Origin: Phaeosaccion multiseriatum
Lineage: Eukaryota > Protista > Ochrophyta, other classes
Assembly: GCA_965112735.1 (NCBI GenBank)
Contig: OZ218955.1
Coordinates: 3,224,001 to 3,288,000, forward strand
Direction: 5' to 3'
DNA: 64,000 bases
Part shown: positions 47,842 to 61,309 of the stretch, piece after piece
Numbering within the stretch: the first letter of the stretch is position 1
Layout: each line of letters opens with the position of its first letter
Notes under the pieces: generated by a model
What the model was told of the DNA's origin: nothing
The model's input: only the letters and a program-made list of their open reading frames with translations
Databases searched by the model: none
Program-made: the position numbers and the translations under genes

Positions 47842-49768
47842 CTATCGTTACCACCATCGTCATCATCATCATCATCATCATCACCATCGTCACCAGCATC
47901 GTATCTTCTTCTTCGTAATCATAGCCATTCTCCTCCTCCTCCTCCTCCTCCTCCTCCTCTTCCTCCTCCTCCTCATCATCATCATCATCATCATCATCGC
48001 TGCTATCACCGCCATCACCACCATCGTCATCATCATCATCATTGTCGTCATCATCATAGTCATCCTCCTCCTCCTGCGAACATCATATCTTCTTCTTCAT
48101 AATCATAACCATCCTCCTTCTCCTCACCATCATCATCATCACTATCATCACTATCATCACCATCATCACAACCCCTCCCCTTCTTCTCCTCTTCCCACGC
48201 TTCCTCGAGACGGAGGGATGACTTCCTTGAAACGTCCACAAACGCGAAATACACCAAACCCAAATCGAGAAATACACAAAACAAACAACTTACCTCACCT
48301 CCCACCCCCCGCCCCCACACACACCAACCCAGCCCTCCTCCTCCTTGCATGCACACACACACACTATGTAACGCATGTAACGCATGTAACGCACCTTCGA
48401 ACTGAGGTGCCCAATACACGCTCACAATCTCATTATCCTCGGGTGTGGTGATGATGTGTGGTCGATGATAGACCATCCACGCCGCCGCATCAGTCGCGTT
48501 CGCCTCCCTCAAACCTTCTCCTCCCTCCCCAGCCTCCCCTACCGCTGTATCACCAACTTGTGGATCAGCTGCTCCCTCCCGAATCTTGCGAAAGGTAGCG
48601 GGTACACTCTGCAGCGTGGAAAAGTGCTCCGGGTGTGTCTTTCTAAACGCCGACGCAGCTTCAAACATGTCCATAAACAGGCTTGCCCCACCCTTGATGT
48701 TCTCATCAAAGGCCAGACAGTGCATGAGCTGCAGACCCGGGGGTGACTCGTAATAGATAAGATCCATGTGAAGGTCAAGCTGTTCGGCAGGATTGGCACC
48801 TATGGTCTTGGAGTCTTCGTCCTCCACGCCCACCACATCGAACACTCCCTCGACCCCATGTAGATAGGAGTGCGAGAGAGGGGAGATGTGAGTGGCCAGG
48901 TCCGCCACTGAGTTCTCTTCCAGCCCGCAGTTTTCCACAATGGCCAAGCCGTGGACGTTAACCTCTTGTAGCAGGTTATACAGGCCCTGATCCTCGCCCA
49001 AGCTGTCTCGTTGTACACGTGGGATGCCGTCCCACGACCGAAGGGCGGTGCCCCAGTTGCCAAAGTTGCGTTGAATCGAAGTGCTGAGGGTGGAGTCATG
49101 TTCTCTGAGCCACTCGCTCTTGAACGTGGACACGTGCCCGTCTGGCCAGGAGATTTGAATGGTGTCCTCCCCCCCCTCCCCTGTTCCTCCCTGCACGGTT
49201 TTGGGCTCTCCCGGGTCCTCCGGGAATTTCATCAATTGCCCGGTGCTGTGTCTATTTGAGTCGCAGTTTGCTCGGAGCCATGTGAAATTGAAGACGGAAG
49301 CATGGCCTTTTGCACGAGAGAGAGAGGGGGGGGAGAGAGAGACCGAAAGAGGCAAGAAACATCGAGAGGAGGAAAGGAGAGAGATGGGTATGAGAACAGA
49401 GAGATTAGAGTGAGAAAAGAAGACCATGGAGAGGGAAAAGGGGGCAAGCGAGTACACATCAACCCGCCGCTTACCCACCACCCAAACACCCACCCACCCA
49501 CCCAACCACTGACAAACTGAGCCACCCACCCGAAACCCACCCAACTACCCCCAACCCCACATGGCCGATCTTTGGCGGCCCCAACGTCGGTGGGTGGTAA
49601 CGTACCATCGCTCCAGGTACAGGTGACATGTTTGGCGGCTGAGCTCACACGTGCCCTTTCCAGCTTATAGCTCGCCGCCGTGGAAGCCGAAGTGTACAAC
49701 CGCCGTGCCCTCTTTATACCTCCTAATGTTTCTCCTTTTGCCACTACTCTTGGAAGCCGAGCAAACAT
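47070..49768 (-). CDS. Gamma-butyrobetaine dioxygenase-like (TauD/BBOX family) (exons 49768-49606, 49306-48395, 47639-47492, 47262-47070)
   Basis: TWSDGHASVFNFTWLRANC, ISWPDGHVSTF..EWL, LDLHMDLIYYESPPGLQLMHC, GGASLFMD, NNRRMCHGR, RRLQGCYLNIDE; mitochondrial-type N-terminus. Confidence 0.88.
47750..48170. repeat. (CAT)n/(TCC)n compound microsatellite in an intron
   Basis: Directly visible. Similar tracts lie at 50960-51175, 53470-53620, 54697-54805 and 63650-63845. Confidence 0.9.
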
Positions 49769-50003
49769 ATCAAGTCAATCTACTGTTCGAGGGTGACGTG
49801 AAAGAAAAAGAAAAAAAGAATGGGGACACGACCGCTTTCCGCTACCTTTTCTTACAAATACGCTGGTTAGCCCAGGGAACAAGCACGCCACAATGTTGCC
49901 GAAAGGGTGTTGCTCTGGTGGATGAGCGGATGCATGCAATGGTGTCAATGGATTTTCGTGAGATGACCAACCAGCGCATCACAAACAAAATGGCGACGAC
50001 CGG

Positions 50004-51102
50004 ATGCAAACCTCCCAACTTGGATATGTACAACTTGGCACGTTGCTCCCTTTTGCCGCTATTGTTGCTACAGCTTCTGCGCATTTGAGGTGCGTCTTGA
50101 CTCCGCCCTGCGCGTAGCTCTCTCTAATCCCCTTTCTGACACGTTCCTCGCCCTTGCTCTTCCTTCAGCAGTCGCAGACAGGAAGGAACAGCAATGAAGG
50201 GGAGAGCCACTCTTTCTCTCGCATCGCTGCTCTTAACAAGATCATTGGGAGGAAGCAGTGCCTGGAGAGGAGGAGCGGGCGGGGCGGGAGTTGCAGTGCG
50301 CAGGAGGGCGTCACTGGCAGGAGCCGGGACAGGGACACCGACGAGAGCAGCAATTGGCGGGGGTAGCCACAGCTACGGGAGAGGGCAGCGAAGCCTGGCG
50401 ACGCTCGCCATGGTTGGAAACGGTCAGTGTGGCATGGAAGGACTCAAACTCCCCGTTCCCATTCGTCCCCTCGGCCCTCCCCCTTCATTCATGGAAGGAC
50501 TCCAATGTATGCACCGCGTACTCTCTCTCTCCCCCTCTCTACCTCGCCGTCTACCTCTACCTCTCCCTCTCTCTCCTCTTTCCCGCCTCCACTTGCCAAC
50601 TGTGAGGAGCAGGTGCTGTGAAGCACGAGATTGAGGGCAGCGCTCCCACCAACTTCCCCGGGGGTATCCAGGCCACAAACCACATATTCACTGTGCCTCT
50701 CAAATGGGGCAAGGAGGTGAGAGAGGGAGGGAGAGAGAGGCAGAGAGGGAGAGAGGGTGAGAGAGACATACTGAGAGAGAATGAATGACTGTGTTTGAGA
50801 AGGGGAAAACGACAGGAACGACGAACAGAAGGTGGTGGATAGGCGAGTGGTGGTAGAGCATGCATTTCCCACTGCCTTCTGCTCTCCTCCTTCTGTGGAG
50901 CACAGACGCGAGAACCTCTCATTTTGGCACACTCCTCCTGCTCAAACATATCCCCCCCACCTCCTCCTCCCTCCTCCTCCTCCTCCTCCTCCTCCTCCTC
51001 CTCCTCCTCCTCCTCCTCCTCCTCCTCCTCCTCCTCCTCCTCCTCCTCCTCCTCCTCCTCCTCCCCCTCCTCCTCCTCTACACCCTCCTCCTCCTCCTTC
51101 TA

Positions 51103-51170
<68 letters not shown>

Positions 51171-53536
51171 ACATCCTCACCACCACCAGGAGGGAGCGGA
51201 CTCCGCTGGTGCTGGACCCTCGATCCGCGTGTTTGCGAGAGAGGTGGTGCTTAAGTCCAAGGCCAGCGATGAAAACATGCCCTATCTCCTGTACCTGCAG
51301 GTACATGCATTGTACACACCCGTATTTGCTTCTTCTTTTTGTTCGGAGACAGACAGAGGAAGAAAAGGAGAGAGGAAGTGAAAGACTGGTGAACTGAGGG
51401 AGGTTGGGAGAGAGAGAGAGGGGGAGAAAGCGACAGCGGGAAGAGAGGCATCGTCCGAATCGTTTGGAGGTTTCCGAACCCGCGTCTTTTGTCTTCGGTC
51501 GCGCTGAGAGACCCTCCCCTCACCCTCCCCCTCCCCTCTCCTCCCCACCCTCCCCCTCCCCTCTCCTCCCCACCCTTCCCCTCCCCTCACCCAAGGGAGG
51601 GCCAGGCTTTGCCGCTCCTCGCGTAGATGGCAAGAACGGGTGGGTGGGGAAGGCCCTTGACGAAGGTTTCCGAGTCGTATTGCTTGATCAGCGCGGGGTT
51701 GGCCGGAGTACCCCCGTCTCTGTCGCCAGGTGAGGGTGGGACCGAACAACCAACTTCTCAAACCCTCACCAGCATCAGTTTCAGCTTCAGTGTAGAAAGG
51801 AGGATAGGCAGATAGACGCCTTCCCTCCCACCTACCTCCTACGCCAACTGACGCTGACACCCCCTTCCCTCTTTCTTGCACCCACGCACGCACTCGCCCA
51901 CGCACGCACTCACCCGCGTATCCATGTGTACATCACATATCCATAACATATCGGCTTTCAGTCTGACGCACATGGGCTCCGACCAAGACCAAATGGAGTA
52001 CCTCAAGAATTTTCGGTAAGGCCTGTAAACGGAGGAAGAGGGAGGGAAAGAGAGAAGAGAGGAAGAGGGAGAGAAGAAGGGCAGGGAAAGAGAGATAACA
52101 GAGATAGAGGAAGGGAGGGAGATTCAGACAGAGAGAAAGGGAGGGAGACGAGAGAGGGTGACAGAGCGGAAGAGCGGGAAGGAGAGGGAGGGAGAGAAAG
52201 ACAGAGACCGGCGTCATTGGGACCATGCCAGCGCCGAGCGGAGAACACGCTTCACTTCCAGCGGTGGATCCTCGTCGATGCGAGGCTTTATCCCTCCCCT
52301 ATCGACCGATGCCCACCCCCCCCTCCCTGCTCCTCCTAACCACACATCTCGCTTGCGTGTGCGGGTGCGTGTGTGCGTGCGTGCGTGCGTGCGTGTGTGT
52401 GTGTGTGCGTGTGTGTGTGCGTGCGTTGCTCAGGGCGGACTCTATCGTGGACGACTGCGAAGCCGTTCGCAAGGCCCTTGTGGGGGAGGGAAAGAAGTGG
52501 ACGGTGCTGGGGCAGTCGTTCGGTGAGTGAGTGAGTGAGTGAGTGAGTGAGTGAGTATGAGTTAAGTTTGTTGATGAAACGATGGATGTCCAGTGCGATA
52601 CCAGAGGGAGAGGGAGAGGGAGAGTAGAGGCGTATCGGTAGAGGGGGAGAGAGTAGAGGCATACGGGCGGAGTGCGAGAGGGAGAGAGGCATATAGGGAG
52701 AGCTCTACTCATGATGCGCAGGAGAGAGAAAGGGAGTAGAGACAGTAAGGTTTCTTTCTGCGTCTGACGTAACTTGCGCTCGTTCCTCCGTGCTGCCCTC
52801 CACCCTTCCAATCTAAGGGGGATTCTGCCTTCTGACGTACTTGTCCAAGTACCCGGAAGCCATCGAGGCGGGGCTGTTTACAGGTGCACAGTACAGGGAG
52901 GGCTAAAGTATATGTGTGCCGATACCCTCCCTTACCCTCCTCTCTGTCCCCTACCCCGTGATCAGGCCGATTGTCTCCCTCACTAACTGACTCCGTCCGT
53001 CCCGCCCCCCCCCCATCAGGCGGGCTACCTCCCCACCCTCTCATACCTTCTCTGGCTCTCCCCCTCTCCCTGCACTACTTGCCCCTTTCTCACCCTCCCT
53101 TCCCCCCCTACCTCCCTCTGCCCCTGCCTCTCTCCCTCTCCCTCTCTCCCTCCCTCCCTCCCTTCCTTCCTTCCTTCCTTCCTTCCTTCCTTCCTTCGTC
53201 CCTCCCTCCTTCCCTCCCTCCTTCCCTCCCTCCCCCCCTCCCTCCCTGCCTCCTCCCTCCCTCCCTGCCTACTCTTTACTCAGGCGGCCTCCCCCCCCTG
53301 CACCGCAGCGCCGAAGAGGTGTACCGCGCCACTTACGCGCGTGTGGTGGAGCGCAACAAGCGGTTCTATAAAGCCTTCCCAGAGAGTAGAAGCAAGGTCA
53401 AAGAGATTGTATCCTTCCTACATGCGAATGAGGTGAGTGTGTAAATGTCAGTCAGCCCAAGGCAGCACAGGCTACTACTACTACTGCTACTAGCAGTAGT
53501 AGAAGCAATAATAGCAGTACTAGTAGCAGTAGTAGC

Positions 53537-53568
<32 letters not shown>

Positions 53569-55124
53569 CAGCAGGAGGAGTAGTAGTTGTTGTTGTAGAA
53601 GTAGTAGTTATTGTAGTAGTTAGGAGGAGGATTTACGTAGCCTTTCCAGAGAACAGAAGCAAGGTCAAGGAGATTGGCCCCTACATGCAAACGAGGAGGA
53701 GGAGGAGGATGAGGAGGGGGGGGAGAGAAGGAGAAGGAGGGGGAGGAGCAGCAATAGCAGCAGCAGCAGCAGTACGACAGTGGCAGAGTATGCCCCATAC
53801 ATCCTTCGGTCCCCTCCGCCCCTTCTCTTCCCATGCACCCACCCACCCTCCCTGTTACCCTCTCTCTCTCCCTCTAAGGTGAAGCTGCCTGGAGGCGGGC
53901 TGCTCACACCCGAGCGTTTCCTCGCCGTCGGCATTGGCCTGGGCGGGGCAGGCTTCTTCCCAACCCTCCACAACCTTTGCGAAGACGCCTTTGAAGAGCT
54001 CCCTTCTCTGCCTCTGTCCACAGGACAGGAAGCAGGGGCAGGAGAGGAAGGAAGGCAGCAGAAGGTGCTGAAGTACAGCTTTCTGCGACAGGTGGAGGGC
54101 ACTTCCGCCTTCGATACGAACCCCCTCTACGCTCTTATGCACGAGGTCGGTGTGTGTGTGTGTGTGCGTGTGTTTGCGTGTTTGCGTGTTTGCGTGTGTG
54201 CGTGTGCGTGTGTGTGTGCACCCACTCGCCCGCGTGTTTACTACCCTCTTTGCCTTCCTCCTTTTAGTCTTACTCCCACTCACTCTCCGCCCCATTCTCT
54301 CCCTTTCATGTGCGTGTGTGTGCACTCACTCGCCCGCGCGTTTGCTACCCTCTCTGCCTTCCTCCTTTCATTCTTACTCCCGCTCACTCTCCGCCCCATT
54401 CTCTCCCTCTTTCTCTCTGCCTCTCTCTTGCTCTCCCTCTCTCTCTGTGTGTGTCCCTCTCTCTCTGTCTCTCTCTCTGTTGGTGTCTGTGCGTGTTCGC
54501 TTTCAGTCAATTTACATGGATGGCCCTGGGCAGAGCAGCAATTGGGCGGCGCAGAGCGTGCATGACACGCTTCCAGACTTCGACTCCAAGGCCGCTCTGG
54601 AGGAAGGTGAGAGGCCGGAAGGAAGAGGGAGGGAGCGAACAGAGGGAGATGCAGGGAGAGAGGGATAGAGTGAGTATGGGGGAGGAGAGAGAGGGGAAGA
54701 AGAAGAAGAAGAAGAAGAAGAAGAAGAAGAAGAAGAAGAAGAAGGAGGAGGAGGAGGAGGAGGAGGAGGAGGAGGAGGAGGAGGAGGAGGAGGAAGAGGA
54801 GGAGGATATCTGTCTGTTGAAGGCTGAAGTCAAGGAGCTGATATACTCTCGCCTCCCTGCCTAGACCTGCAGGCGCATCTCATGTCTTCCCCGCTTCCCT
54901 CCTCCTCCTCCTCCTCCTCCTCCTCCTCCTCCTCCTCAGACCGAGACGTACTCTTCACCGGCGAGATGACGTACCCCTGGATGTACGAGGGGGCTCACCC
55001 CGAGCTCTCTAAGGTCAAGGAAGTGGCGCAGCGATTGGCGGAGTGCGACACGTGGCCTCTCCTCTATGATGCCGCGGTGCTTGCCGATTGCCAAGTGCCC
55101 TGCGCTGGGGTGAGTGTTTTTACT

Positions 55125-55176
<52 letters not shown>

Positions 55177-55525
55177 CACACGCACGCACACCTGCATACA
55201 TGCACGCATACGCAGAGGCACGCACGCACGCACGCATACGCGTACGCCTCATTGTGTCCTGCCCCCACCCCCCCCGCCCCTTCCTACGCGCTACATCACA
55301 CTCACAGGCTGTCTACTACGACGACATGTATGTGGAGAGGGACTACTCCGAGTACGTCGCCAACCTGATGCCGAACTGCAAGATCTGGATTACCAACGAG
55401 TTGAGTTGCACATGCACGCACTCTCCGCGCTGAAGAGGAGCTAGTACGGCCTGTCTGAAGTCACTCGCCGCAGGGCTTGCTCTCTCTCTATCATCTGGGC
55501 TACCTCTCTCTATCCTATCTATCTG

Positions 55526-55562
<37 letters not shown>

Positions 55563-55595
55563 TTATCTGTATATCTTTCTATAGATCTGTCTACC

Positions 55596-55630
<35 letters not shown>

Positions 55631-55879
55631 GCACTGTGTGTGTGTCTCTCTGCACAGTGCCCCTGTCAGTGGTGGGGGAGGCGAGGCCTGCAACGGCTCG
55701 CTCCTCCTCTCTCTCTCTTGTCCAATGTGTAACCTTGCCTCCTGCCCACTGTGGATGCTGCCCTGCCCTTGGTCCATGCAATGCACAGATATCAGCACTC
55801 TGGGCTGCGCAACCACGGCCCCAACATCCTCAAGAACCTTCTCGGAATGGTGCGAGGCGAGGTGGAGCTGCCCAGTTAG
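50004..55879 (+). CDS. Proline iminopeptidase (alpha/beta hydrolase, S33), multi-exon, with an N-terminal targeting peptide
   Basis: Spliced LYLQ|[20 protein letters not shown]|[15 protein letters not shown]|GFC (nucleophile), FTG|[14 protein letters not shown]|[24 protein letters not shown]|YQHSGLR; stop at 55877-55879. Start is 50004 or 50194. Confidence 0.92.
55505..55630. repeat. (TATC)n/(TGTC)n tetranucleotide microsatellite
   Basis: Directly visible in the last intron of the peptidase gene. Confidence 0.9.
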
Positions 55880-56696
55880 CTAAATGGGTTATAAATTTAT
55901 ATTTCAATTTATAATTGAGTAAACTTGCGCAGTGTTGGAAGAGTCCTGGTGTCAGGACGAGTAGCTCCCTCATCCATCTTCTCCCCCCCCGTCCCGACCT
56001 CCTCCTCCGCGCACCTCCATGCGGATGAAAGGACCACCCACTTGCTCCGATTGAAGCGCGTGTTCCCAGCAGGCTCGATGGGGCTTGTAGGAGAAGGTTG
56101 GCAACCAAGGCGGTGCGGAAACCGGACGGCTGACTGCATGCTGCTCCCCTTCCTTCTCCTCTGTTGTTGCTGCTTGTCCTCCCTCCTCCTCCTGCTGTCC
56201 TGTTGCTGCTGCTGCTACCGGTAGAAGGCTGATTTGAGTAGGGGCCAGGTGCGGGTGTGGATTGCGGGTAGGACAGAAGTCAGTAGACAGGAAGAAAAGC
56301 ACTCTAGCACTACTGGCTCTGAGAGGGAACACGCTTGTGCGGCTGTCCGTGCTCTCCAGCCCGCAGGCATGGGTACGTGAGTGGGGGTCAGAAGAGCTGT
56401 GCGCTGCTTCTTGCAAGGAAAGGCGCCCATACATCGGGGAAAGGCGGGAAAAAGGCTCCAATCCTCACTGTCAGTGACATAGGATTCCCCGGGGGGGGGG
56501 GGGGATCTTTTCTCTCTCTAACAACGTGCTGTTTGCCTGCTGAAAGGAGCAGTTGAGACCCGTAGATGGCCCCCTGCCGCACATCAGTAACTCACGCACG
56601 TGTGAGTTAGTTCCACAAAGCAATCAAAGCGAAAAGAGGTCCGGTCTAGCAGAGAGAGACAAAGCAACGGCAGAGGCGTCGAGCGAGGGGGGGAAG

Positions 56697-59600
56697 ATGG
56701 TGCTCCCGCTACTGTCGCCGCAGATGATCAACGAGATGGTAAAGAAGAGCCACAACAGAGCGGGCCAGCGGAGAGGAGGGAGCCAAAGAGGAGGTACGTT
56801 GAAAAGTTGCGTGGCTCCTTTCATCGGGGCGGACTGCGTGAATGGGGCAAGGCAGCACCCGCCGCTTCCGCCCACCTTCTACTCTTCGCTCGTCTCACGA
56901 GGCCGTATGAAGTCTCAGACTACCTCTACCGCGTGTATGGTAATTGGTTTTCTTTGCTCCCCATACTTTCCCCCATTCCATTCCCGCCCACCACAGCCGG
57001 ACATGGCCAGCAGCAGCACGCGTTAGGTTGGCCACAACAACAACAGCAGCAGCATTCTCAGCCACATCAGCCGCAGCACACCCAACAGTCAACAGCAATC
57101 TCTAGCCAGAGTCAGAGTCAGAGTCAGAGCCAGAGCCAGAGCCAGCCGAGCGAAATCTTCCTCTTCAGCGCCGACCAGGGGCAGCCACTCTCCCACCTGC
57201 CAGCCGTCGCCCACCAGCACGGAGGAGGTCATGGTAGGGGCAGCTCTGCGGGAAGTGCCGCAGGTGCGGGTATGCGCCAGCACTCCGCGAGGGACGACAG
57301 TCAGCAAGACACCATGCCGGGGGTGGACGGCAGCAGGCCCTGGATACCGGAGTGGCAGCGGAAGGCCCCTCCACACTACGCAGGCGGGGGTGTGGACGGG
57401 GTCTGTCCTCCTCCTCCTGCTGGTGGTGGTGCCAGTAGTGGTGCGGCGGCAAGTGTCAGTGGAAGCAATGTCTCTCATCAGAAGCTCGATGGCAAGCAGC
57501 CGAGCCACGGAGGGGCGCACCCCCGGGCAAGTGGGCATGGGCAGCAGCACACCCATAACGCAGGAGGAGGAAGACGCGCTACAAAGGGGGCTCCTTTCGG
57601 CCCCCAGGCTTCCGAGCTGTCACACTCACAGTCCTCCTGCTTCGAGGCCATGACGCAGGCCGAGTACCACACGCGACAGATGAACATGCTCAAAGGCCTG
57701 GACTCGAGGCTGGAGGAAGTGGGGGACAGCGTCCAGGCTATTGAGGAGCAGGCCGACCGCTTGAGGAGCCTGTTGGAGGAGGTCAAGGACAAGGAGAGCG
57801 ACCACATGCACATGCAGCAGCATGGGGCCGGTGGAGACACTGCTGCTGCCACCGCTACCGAAGCTGCGGCCACCGCTGCCGAAGCTGCTACCGCGGCTGC
57901 TGCCTCTGCGGCTTCGGCGGCTGCGGCGGCTTCGGAGGCTTCGGCTATCGCAGCTGCTACACAGGCTGCACAGACGGGTAGTGCCCCTGCTGCAGAAGAA
58001 GCGTTGGCCACTCACCGCAGTGACCAGACCGCCTCCTCCTCAGCCGTTCAAGATGCGATGCGTGACTCTGCACGATTGATGGAGCGGCAAGTGGAACAAG
58101 TCGTTGGAGCCATGTCCAGCATGGAGGGCAGGCTCCTGCAGCAGATGGAAACGATTATGCGAGACCACCTCACCGCCTTGACGAAGCGCGTGGTCTTCGA
58201 GGAGTCGGTCTCCGAGTCGAGGCGGCACGCCAGCAGCAGCGGACCTGCTGGGGAAGAGGGAGGCCGCGCCCTTCCTTCTCCCCTTTCCCCTCCGCCTCCT
58301 CCTTCTTCGACTCCTTCTTCTTCCGGGGGTGGCACCGTTGCGCAAGTCTTGTCGCGGGCCAGCAGCACCAGTGGCGTCACTACAACGAGCACCAGACCGA
58401 GTGCTATCATGGCCCTCGGAGACTGCTCAGCGCGTTGCGGTGAGAGTGTGGGTGGAACGGTTGCAGCGGCCGATCGTCGAGGCTCAGCATCTGACGACAG
58501 AGGAAAAGCGGCAGGAGCAGCAGAGGTGGCTATTGGTGCAGGCCCTGAGACCCTCCCCGCCCCCCGGGGTGGCTTGGGAGTCGAAAGCTCTCCTTCCCGG
58601 GCCCGTCGACTCTCTTCGCATGGTGGCCACCAGCTGGGGGAAGCATCTTCCTCGGTGGAGGAGGAGCCCTTCCCATCCGCTGCATCGGACGACGTCTCAT
58701 CCGCTTCTACTGCTGCTGCTGCTGCCGTCACGCCCGGTCACAGCAACAGGGACAGGATGAGGGGTGGTTCAGAGTCGACGTGCAGAGGGGCTCCACCTCC
58801 ATACCTACGCCCTGCTTCAGGCGGAACGGGAAGAGCACTTTCGGCTTCGGCGGGCTCTGGAGCTTCTACGGCCGTGACACCGGTGGGAGCTCCTGCCTCT
58901 CAGCCCCCCCTCGATACCCGGGGGGGCGGCCGCGAGTCTGGAGGGCAACCGCAGCAAGGCGAGCAGGATGGCCCCGAACTACAGATGCAGCCTCCACCGG
59001 AGAGGCGCGTGCGGTGGCAACAGCACCATGAACGGCAGTTGGACGACGCTGAGGCGGGCGATGCGGTGGCACCACAAGGGGAGCGAGAGAACAGCGGCAT
59101 GGCTGGCATTCCTCCTCTTGAGGATAGCGCTTCGAATGGTGATGGCTTTGGCACAAGCTATGACGGCGGCTCGAGCCTCGAGGACAGCATGGCGTACTCG
59201 AGCCTCGAGGACAGCATGGCGTACACTCACGGGTCATCCCCCAGCGGCGCCCTTGGGGCAGGAGCAGGGGCAGGGGCAAGAGCGGGGACAGGGGGGCGAT
59301 TGTTTGAAGGTGGTCAGCGCTTCTCTTGGACAAACAAGGACACTTCTGGTGGCCCCACTAGACCCGATGATGAGTCTGAATCGTCCATTGGGACATCGTT
59401 GGGAGCCTCTCCCACGTCGCAATCCTTCTCCTTGGGGTCATCCTTGGCCTTGGGAGCTACAGCGGCGTCGATGCAGGGCGCAGAGAGCGCGTTGCTCGAA
59501 GAGGAGAGCTTTGATGAGAGCGTGAGCATGACTTTGGAGCAGTGGATACGGAGAAAGGGCCTTGACGGTGGCGAGGATACGACGCCTCCCACTTCTACTA

Positions 59601-61309
59601 CGCCGGGGGCGGGGGCATGCAGGGGGGGTGTTGGGACGGCGGGGAGGGCCCCCGCTGAGAGTAGTCGCACAGCAGGGCAGCAGCCTCAGGGCACAACGAG
59701 TCAGCCGTACTCTCTCGCCGCCACCGGGAATGTGACTCCGACAAAGAGAGGTGGTGGTGGTGGAGGTGACCCCGATGGAGCGAGAGCCAGTTTCAGAAGG
59801 GGTACCAACCCCAGCAACAGCGGCACCAGCACCACCGACAGAAGACAAGACAAGAAGAATTTCACGCCGGTCGATGCTGAGGTTGAAGTCGCTCCTCGGC
59901 AGGCGTATGCCGATGGAAAAGCCAGCGGCAGCAGCAGCAGAAGCGCTGGCCCGGCCACTGGCGGTATCAAGACGTACCAGACATCGAAGAGTCAGAGGGC
60001 CGCGAGGTATCGAGGGGGGGTAGAGGCAGGGCCGGGAGAAGAAAAAGACCATGACCAAGGCCGAGACCACGGCCGAGACCACGGCCGAGACCAAGGCCAA
60101 GGCCAAGGCGGAGGAGCAGAGATGAGCCAGGGCCAAGGCCAAGGCGGAGGAGAAGACATGAGCCAGCAGGGCATGGTCGAGTCGGTGCAGGGCAGTGGCG
60201 CCGTCCCCGTCCTCGAGCTTCTCATCACACCACCTCGCGAAATGGAACCGTTGGCGAGCGGTCGAAAGCGTTGGTATTGCCACGTTGGCGCTTGTCAGAA
60301 GGTGGCGAAGGTGGAGGGTAAGTGCAAGAGGCATGCCAACGAGGCCAAGCAGCTGCGGCACCAGCAGAAGCACCAGCTGCTCCTGCAGACATGGAAGCAG
60401 GAGCAGGATCTGCAGCAGCAGCGGCAAGCGCAGCTGCAGCAGCAGCAGCAGGAGGAGGAGGAGGAGGGTCGACCGAAGAATGCGGCTCTTCCGAGCGAGA
60501 AGGAGGAGGGGGACGCTCACATCAGAGACGAGTCTTCTTTGCGAGAGTCATTCATTAGAGGCGCGGCGGCGGAGGGTCAGCCTCTGCAAATGGCAAACGG
60601 GGGGGGCAAGGAGGACAAGAGGGGGCCTGGGCCGGCTGCGGCGCGTCTCCCGCGCCGAAAAGAGCTCCTTCAGCCACAGCAGTTGGAGATACAGCAACAA
60701 CCGTTGGTGCCGAGGAGCCAGCGGTACTCTGAGGCATCACTGGCGGGCCCCTGCCTGGGGGACGAAAGCATGCCGGAGGCGGAAAGCGTGGGAGACAGCT
60801 TGTTCTGCGAGCTCGACAATGGCTTTCGGAGCTTTCAGGCCGGGACAGAGGCTGACGAGCGCCGTGTGGGGCGGGAGTCATCGCCGGCCCAACAGCCGTC
60901 TCAGCTGGGAGCCCGAGCAATGCATCCGCGGGGTGGTGACGAGGCGCAGCAGCAGCAGCAGCAGCAGCGGCGGCAGGAGGGAGAGGGTCGGAGGGCAGCC
61001 GGCGGTGGGCTAGAGATGGCAGCAGACGGGCCCAAGTCTTTGACCACTCCGCCCACCAAGAACAAGAGGCGGCGACTGCAGCAGCAGCAGCAACAGTTGG
61101 TGGTACAGCAGCAGCAGAAGCAGCAAAAGCAGCAGCCCCATTCAAGCGGTGGATGGGGTGTTGCTTCGCCGCCAGTCAAGAAGCGGAAGAAGCAAGGCCA
61201 GGGCTGCCACGCTCGGAGTCAGGGTGAGGGCCAAGGTCAGGGTCCGAGTCAGGGTCCGAGTCAGGGTCAGCTGAAGAGCGACAAGCAGCAAGGCTGGGGT
61301 AGGTCATAG
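56697..61309 (+). CDS. Large low-complexity protein with a coiled coil and one WRKY19-like Zn finger (exons 56697-56793, 56997-61309)
   Basis: Open frame over 4 kb; coiled coil LKGLDSRLEEV...LEEVKDK; WYCHVGACQKVAKVEGKCKRHA; basic NLS-like stretches KNKRRR and KKRKK. Exon 1 joins in phase. Confidence 0.7.

Noticed and set aside
55909-56582. Possible minus-strand gene (163-aa ORF at 55970-56461)
   Set aside because: Non-ATG start, no recognisable domain, no convincing exon chain.
56807-56996. N-terminus of the 1500-aa ORF
   Set aside because: It starts at TTG inside a GT-AG intron (56794-56996); ATG 56697 gives an in-phase first exon.
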